Below, one piece after another: positions 56,289 to 64,000 of a DNA stretch of 64,000 bases. Every line of letters begins with the position of its first letter. Position 1 is the stretch's first letter. A program made the translations under genes and the position numbers. A model generated the notes under the pieces. It saw only the letters and a list, made by a program, of their open reading frames with translations. It had not been told where the DNA came from and did not search any database. Source of the stretch: Eledone cirrhosa (taxonomy: Eukaryota); assembly GCA_964016885.1 (NCBI GenBank), contig OZ024743.1, positions 80,166,001 to 80,230,000 of the forward strand. Direction: 5' to 3'.

Positions 56289-57469
56289 ACAAATGAAGGC
56301 TACAAAAATAGTAAATTATGAAATATATAAGGAAATTCTAATATTGTTAAATGATATTAGTGTTGGAGAAAACTAATTTCTCAAGAATCTATAGAGAGAA
56401 AATATCATATAAACTATAACAAGATATATGTATCATGATTGTATGGTTATATGAAATAATAAGTTAATTACAATCCTTTGTAAACACAGGCAAGCTACAT
56501 ATGTAATATTTAATATAGTACATGGATCAAATGCATTCAATAGAAATAAAATGGACGAAAACCTTAACAGGAAACGTCAATATGTCTTGGCCAGTACTTA
56601 GAGGATGTAGAATTGTTTACTGTTCTCAAACGTCGGGTGTGTAACATTGAAATAAGAATACTTAGTATTACAAAAGCCACTGAATTAATGTATTTTTCAA
56701 CTGCATAAAGTCACAAATCTACATATCACAGACCGTACATCAGATAATTCAATTATTTTTAATTATTTCAATCATTAGACTGTGGCCATGCTGGAACACA
56801 ACTTTCAAGCTATTTGGTCATATTAACTCTAGTATGTATTTTGCAACTTCTCAGACTTTTATCGATCTTATTTTTGTCTTGAAACTAGTAATTGTAGCAC
56901 GGTTAGTGTCTAATAACTATTTTTATAAAAACAAAATCAATATTTTGTTAACACAAAGTAAACATATATTAAAAGCGGAATAGATATTTAAAGTATTTTC
57001 CATTTCATCCTTACTTTGATTTGTCTTCTGACAGAGGAGTTAAGTTAGGCGTAGGTAAAGCAGTTTTAAATTAAACGAAACATTTAAAAAACATCAAAAT
57101 GTTTGAGCGAAGAACATTTATAAAACTGCGAAAATTTACAAATAAGAAAAACAAGTTTCAAAATGAAAGTCGAAATGTTATAACCAAACCAGAAATATAG
57201 TAAAAGTCGATATTTTACCTATTAAGAAAATACAGAAGAAAAATATTTTAATTTTTGTTTTAGTGAAAGAAAAATTATTTTGAAGAATGTAATTGAAATA
57301 GCCTTCATTTCATGTCATAAACATGATGTGAAATTCCTATTTTCCAATGTCATTAGTGGTAGTTTTGGAATATCTTCTATCCTATAAGGATTTGAAATTC
57401 TGTCGTATGACTCAATTTTCCCCAGAAACAATATATATATATATATATATGTATGTATATATATATGTA

Positions 57470-57604
<135 letters not shown>

Positions 57605-58079
57605 GTATGTGTGTGTGTATGTATATACATAAGCTGACAATTACGTAATTAAGCATGAAAGTCTTGAGCAAGAAGCGTTAAGATTTTTTTAGCTTGAGGA
57701 TACGAAGTAGCGCCGGAGGCCAACATTCAAATTCACAACCCTTCGGCTATTTCCCTTGACGACAGATGGAAATGCAAATAGATTCAGAGAAATCAATTTG
57801 AAAGAGAGAATATAAAAAATAACAAAATCAAATTCAAAATGGTGATGTTTGGTTGTATATTCGAATCGCCTGATGTAGGGAAAATGGCGATGATATACAA
57901 TGTAAGGATTCACTTCACTTCTCATGAATACACTAACTAATGTTATTTGCTTTTTTCAATATATTTTATTTACGTTTTGTCAAGAATCTCAATTTTGTTC
58001 ACTCTCAGTTGTTTGTATTTTATTTGTTTTATTTTAATTTTCTTAAATATCTAGATATTGAAAATTAAGTAGAATACTT

Positions 58080-58094
58080 TACTACTACTACTAT

Positions 58095-58135
<41 letters not shown>

Positions 58136-58176
58136 TTACTACTACTACCACCACCACCACCACCACCACCACCACC

Positions 58177-58228
<52 letters not shown>

Positions 58229-58388
58229 TACCACCACCACCACCACCACCACCACCACCACCACCACCACCACCACTACTACAACTACTACTACCAGTAC
58301 TACTACTACTATCACCACCACCACTATCACTACTACTACTACCACCACCATTACTACTACCACCATCATCACCACCACCTTCACCACC

Positions 58389-58421
<33 letters not shown>

Positions 58422-58422
58422 G

Positions 58423-58453
<31 letters not shown>

Positions 58454-58704
58454 CCCCACCACTATACTACCACCACCACCACCACCACCACTACTACTAC
58501 TACCACCACTACTACTACTACTACTGCAAATAATAGTAATTGTTTCTACTTTTGGCATAAGGCCAGCAAATTACTCAGTGTATTACTGGTACTTTATTTT
58601 ATCGACCCCGTAAGGATGAAAGGCAAAGTTAACCTCGGCGGGATTTGAACTCAGATCATAAAGGGACCTAACTCTATGCTTCAAAGCAAGGTGTCCGGCT
58701 CTCT
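58080..58704. repeat. (CTA)/(CCA) tract followed by a minus-strand SINE (58541-58704)
   Basis: Directly visible. Confidence 0.9.
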
Positions 58705-59035
58705 ATAATTATTTCTAATTTAGGCAGTTTTGGTGATCAGACAAACTCGTTTAATTTGTCTGGTTCTTTATTTATCGACCTCAGAAGAATAAGATCAAAG
58801 TATATTTCTGTGGGAATTAAACTGAGAATACAAAGAACATGATTCTATACAATGGTTTCTAGGGTCTAGATGGGGTTGTCCCTTCTTTACATGTTTTATA
58901 AGGTTCATTAACTACTTATTGACATAGTGGACATCACCTCACTGACCTATATATCCAACTTTCAGGTAAATAACATCAATATCTACGTCACATTGTTTAT
59001 TTTCTGACGCCCTGGTCGTACCCTAATCACCTTTA

Positions 59036-59160
59036 TATATTGAACAGGTATTGAGTATTATATACTGAACAGGTATTGAGTATTATATATTGAACTGGTA
59101 TTGAGTATTATATATTGAACAGGTATTGGGTTATATATATTGAACAGGTATTGGGTTATA
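59036..59160. repeat. 25-bp tandem repeat, five copies
   Basis: tatattgaacaggtattgagtatta. Confidence 0.9.
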
Positions 59161-59289
59161 ATGACACAACGGGTCTAAAAACATCTGACTGATAAAATGA
59201 CAAATGCAGTTCAGTCAAAATTTTATTTCGTAATATTTTTGAAATAATCCCTCTAGAAAAATATGGCTGCAAAATTAATAAATTGCCGA

Positions 59290-59550
59290 GATAATGGCAT
59301 CCTTTTCTATCCAATATTCTCTCAGATGTTCCACTTCAATATTTAGTTATGCCAGTCAACCTTTATCAATGAATTGTTTAATTCGAATAACATCGATATC
59401 AGGCTTCATGGCTGAATTAATTTCTTCAATAGTAACCGACATTCCATTGAAGCTTTCATCAATAATTTCATGTATGTAGAATCCAGATCGAATGTGATTT
59501 TTATGACTTTTGTCGAAGTCGTAATCAGGTCTGATGAGTAGTTTTTGTTA
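59290..59550 (-). pseudogene. Decayed Ty3/Gypsy pol remnant (RNase H to integrase linker)
   Basis: Manual translation VTIEEINSAMKPDIDVIRIKQFIDKG*..LREYWIEKDAI resembles the I..T..D...I..GWP...YW..R pattern. Confidence 0.45.
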
Positions 59551-60355
59551 ATTCATCATAAGTCTCGTGTTACCTTTATATCGTTCTCTATATTTGTACG
59601 AAACCAATAACATCAGCTAACATTGGTGTCGCTGAGACGTAAGTATTAGAGGTTTATGATCGGTGATTAATTCAAAATGTCGCCCATATAGGATGGGAAT
59701 TGATTGAATTTATGAAAACCAAATATAATAGATAATCCCTATCTCTCTATATATGCCAATACCGTCGTTTATTACGAGTATTTGGAGTTTTAGATGTGTG
59801 AAACAACTGATGTTCAACTCCATTTTCTTATTGTATCTGAACTACGCTAACAAGGACAGCTGCCGTATCTATCGCTAAAACCAGTGACAATGTTTCATTA
59901 TTATAGATGTGATACGTGAACACGATTGTTTGTCGTTTCATTTCATCTAAACTTGGTTTACAATCATCTGATCCTCTGAATGGTACGTTTTTATCATTAA
60001 ATTATGTGACGGTATTATATGGCTTGGAGGTGTTCTTAATAAACCTGTGTTATTACCTGAAATAAGAAAAATCTCAAACTTAACACCTATATTGTTTTAT
60101 CTTTAACCATATGGTATTGGACGTTTCGAACCAGATATCCGTAATTACTTCTAGAATGCCGCAGATGGCAAAACCTGTTAAACTACTCCTGCATATATAT
60201 AAGGGGTTTTGTCTAACTTTATTTACTTGGCTTCATTCATTTAGCAGTGTCTCACTTGTATATATAGAGATACATGTGGCAATCATACTAGTGAAATACA
60301 TGTGAGAACTCAATGTATATATATATATAGTGCAAATTTAGACGGGAACATGTTT

Positions 60356-60415
<60 letters not shown>

Positions 60416-60650
60416 AGAATATATATATATACAACATATATATATATGTTAGAATATATATATATATATAAAACATGTATCATGCATAATAGAATAGAAA
60501 GAAACAACAAAAGCTGGCCCCACTAACGAATGTGTATTAAACAGTGTTGCTTAAAGTTGAAGACTGAAACAAACAATGATAATAAAGAGAGGGAAAGAAA
60601 AAAGGAAAAAAATAGAAGAGAATAAATAAAGAAGACATTTGGAAGATAAA

Positions 60651-61593
60651 GTGTTACAACAGTGTTACGGCAGTGTTACAACACTGTTACAATAGTGTTA
60701 CATCAGTGTTACAACAGTGTTACAGCAGTGTTACAACATTGTTAAAACAGTGTTACATCAGTGTTACAGCAGTGTTACAGTAGTGTTACAACAGTGTTAC
60801 AACAGTGTTACAGCAGTGTTATAGTATTGTTATAATAGTGTTACAGCAGTGTACCTACAGTGTTACAGTAATGTTACAGTGTTATAACAGTGCTATAGTA
60901 GTGTTATAGCAGTGTTACAGTAGTGTTTCAACAGTGTTACAGTAGTGTTACAGTAGTGTTACAGTAGTGTTACAGCAGTGTTACACTAGTGTTACAACAG
61001 TGTTACAACATTGTTACAGCAGTGTTACAACAGTGTTACAGTAGCGTTACAACAGTGTTACAGTAGTGTTACAGCAGTGTTAGATTAGTGTTACAACAGT
61101 GTTACAACAGTGTTACAGCAGTGTTACAATAGTGTTACAACAGTGTTACATTAGTGTTACAACAGTGTTACAACAGTGTTACAACATTGTTACATCAGTG
61201 TTACAGTAGTGTTACAACAATGTTACAGCAGTGTTACATCAGTGTTACAACAATGTTATAACAGTGTTACAACAGTGTTATAGCAGTGTTACAACAGTGT
61301 TACAGTAGTGTTACAACGGTGTCAGGTCAGTGTTACAGTAGTGTTACAACAGTGTTACAGCAGGGTTACAACAGTGTTACAACAGTGTTACAACAGTGTT
61401 ACAGTAGTGTTATAACAGTGTTACAGTAGTGTTACAGTAGTGTTACAACAGTGTTAGATCAGTGTTACAGTAGTGTTACTTACAACAGTAATGTTACTTA
61501 CAACAGTAGTGTTACAACAGTGTTACAGTAGCGTTACAACAGTGTTACAACAGTGTTACAACAGTGTTACAACAGTGTTACAACAGTGTTACA
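60651..61593. repeat. 11-bp minisatellite
   Basis: Unit cagtgttaca(a/g). Confidence 0.97.
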
Positions 61594-62185
61594 AAGAACA
61601 TTTGACATCTCATAAAAATAAACGAAATCCGTTTCATGTATTTTAAAAATTTATTTGACACTTTATTATTTTTACATTGAATAGTTGTCACTGAAACAGG
61701 TCAGCCAGTATTGGCAGAATGATGGTTCCAGAAGTTTTGAGGGGTGGCCAGGGTGCCGTATTGACATATGATGCCTCTAGGGTGGTTTTAAACCTGGCGA
61801 AACAGGAATACGACAGATTTCTTCCAGAAGAGAGAGTGAGAGAATGGAAGTGAGAAAGAGATATATAGGAGGAATCTTCCCCAGTACTAGACTGGTACTT
61901 TTGTTTATCCACATTAAATGGCTGAATGCCAAAGTTGACCTCAGAGAGTCGAAAGAATTACCAGGAAGCAGTCTATCCAATGTTCTAACTTCTGACAATG
62001 TCTGAACCTAGTGTTCTTGTAAATACCACAATGGTTACACCTAGTATATGTTTTCATCATAGGTAAACAGCTAAATAACATTTCAGACAACATCCACTCT
62101 AGCAACGACAATGATGAGGGCAAAGTACCGCCACCATCACCACACATACATAAACGTAAACATTATTACAAATAATATTGGTTGG

Positions 62186-62912
62186 TGGATTGGCAGTATC
62201 GGTAGAGGGTCGGTCGCCATGCTTTCCAGCATAATCACGTTCCTTTACGATCTGAGTTCAAATCCCGCCGAAGTTGACTTTGCCTTTCATCCTTACGGGG
62301 TCGATAAAATAAAGTACCAGTAATGCACTGGGTGATTGCTGGCCTTGTGCCTAAAGTAGAAACAAATATTACAAATAATTGTTTCTACTTTTGGCACAAG
62401 GCCAGCAATTACCCAGTGTATTACTGGTACTTTATTTTATCGACCCCGTAAGGATGAAAGGCAAAGTTAACCTCCGCAGGATTTGAACTCTGAATGGAAA
62501 GGGCTGTAACTCTTTGCGTCAAAGCATGGCGTCCGACCCTTATTACAAATAATAATAATTCTTTTGGCAGTATCGGTAGAGGGTCGGACGCCATGCTTTG
62601 ACGCACAGAGTTACGGCCCTTGCCATACTGAGTTCAAATCCCGCCGATGTTAACTTTGCCTTTCATCCTTACGGGGTCGATAAAATAAAGTACCAGTAAT
62701 GTACTGGGTAATTGCTGGCCTTGTGCCTAAAGTAGAAACAATTATTATTATCTTTATTTAGAATAAAAGAATTCATTATAATTATTATCATTATTGCTCA
62801 ACCAAATAATGGCGGTGGATTGGCAGTAAAATCGGTAGAGCGTCGGACATATTTTGCGGCTTAGATTATGACCACTCATGTTCTGGGTTCAAATCCTGGC
62901 GAGGTTAGCTTT
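62186..62912. mobile_element. Alternating SINE cluster (+ 62186-62365, - 62380-62540, + 62565-62742, + head 62810-62912)
   Basis: SINE sequence; tattacaaataat occurs three times (62164, 62367, 62541). Confidence 0.9.
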
Positions 62913-63172
62913 CGAGATTCGAACTGGTGAACCTTGGCTTTCAGAGTCGGTCGAATGACAGAAGGAATGATCGTCGACCCAATGATGAGAACATCTTCCT
63001 TTGGGGCCACATACACCAGGTATAGCATCGATCACACGTCAATGATGGCCACCTCAAAGTGCCCTCTGCCGAAATTAACATTCTATGTCAACTTATGTAA
63101 GCTAAACTTTCTATTTTTAAACCCCTCACACACCTAACATAACTGTTCATCTGTTGCACACACACACACACA

Positions 63173-63254
<82 letters not shown>

Positions 63255-63594
63255 CTCTCAATCTCTCTCTCTCAGTCTCTCTCTCTCTCTCTGTCTCTCC
63301 CTCTCTCACTCTCACTATCTCTCTCTCTGTCAGTCTCTCTCTTCTCTCTCTCTCCTTCTCTCCATGTATTTACACTCGTCTTTCCTTCAACGTAGACACA
63401 TATTCCTCTTTCTACTCTTCACAAGCATGCACGTTTTCCTGTCATTACCTTTATCTTGTTAATACATATTTCTAACATAGCAGACATATTTCACAAATAT
63501 ACACGTCTACCTATCTTTCTACCTCATAAAATGTTCACTAAGTTGTATATGTGTATGTAGGCATGCATGAATGAATGCCTTTCTTTGAGATTTA

Positions 63595-63750
63595 TCCAAG
63601 CTGTTCCAGACGGTTTCTCTACGGAATTTCACTAACAGTTCTTAGGTCGATCACGAGTTATAGTACGAGATACATACGAGATATCAGATTCTATGCAATA
63701 GGTTCGAATCGGACTGCGAAGTAAATTTCTTAATCCCTCGGCCATATATG
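63595..63750 (-). mobile_element. Decayed tRNA-derived SINE of a third family
   Basis: Reverse complement has tggccgagggattaagaa (A box) and gattcgaacc (B box). Confidence 0.45.
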
Positions 63751-64000
63751 AATATACTCGCCATCTGAATTAGTCGTATTTTTCTTAGAGCAGCCTTTCT
63801 GATAGATAGTATTGTTTATTTTATATATATATTGTAACCAAATCCTGCTGTATAGAAATATGACATTTTGAAGTCGTACGTATGTCTTTCACAATTATGT
63901 GATATAATCGGCATTTTTTAACGTATTCTGAATGGTTTAAGAGCTTCGTTATCTATTTACTCCAATAGGTATTTAGAAGATAGATATCTTGCTCTTGGAT

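Noticed and set aside
57692-57902. Apparent exon between an acceptor-like tttttag and a donor-like gtaagg
   Set aside because: All three frames contain stops.
62186-62270. tRNA gene
   Set aside because: A and B boxes lead into a SINE body repeated about 20 times in the window; no complete cloverleaf.

Overview
Eukaryotic, very repeat-rich, apparently gene-free DNA. The SINE families and extreme microsatellite load suggest a cephalopod (Octopus-like) genome; that assignment is inference. Nearly all ORF-track entries are microsatellite or minisatellite artefacts, and no host protein-coding exon could be supported. Real coding remnants are all from transposons: two Penelope-like element (PLE) fragments with GIY-YIG endonuclease, Tx1/L1-type, RTE-type and R4/Dong-type LINE pieces, and a decayed Gypsy pol piece. 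Non-coding mobile DNA includes about 20 tRNA-derived SINE copies, four non-autonomous Helitrons, MITEs and several large minisatellites. The main unexplained signal is a dense set of short non-coding cassettes sitting inside (TA)n or (CA)n microsatellites. Many fold back on themselves as asymmetric inverted repeats with family-specific fixed ends. They carry type I hammerhead ribozyme motifs read by eye: about 13 near-intact and several decayed, from at least 8 sequence families. One family is a 430-bp tandem/inverted unit that looks like a retrozyme. Ribozyme activity and novelty are untested.
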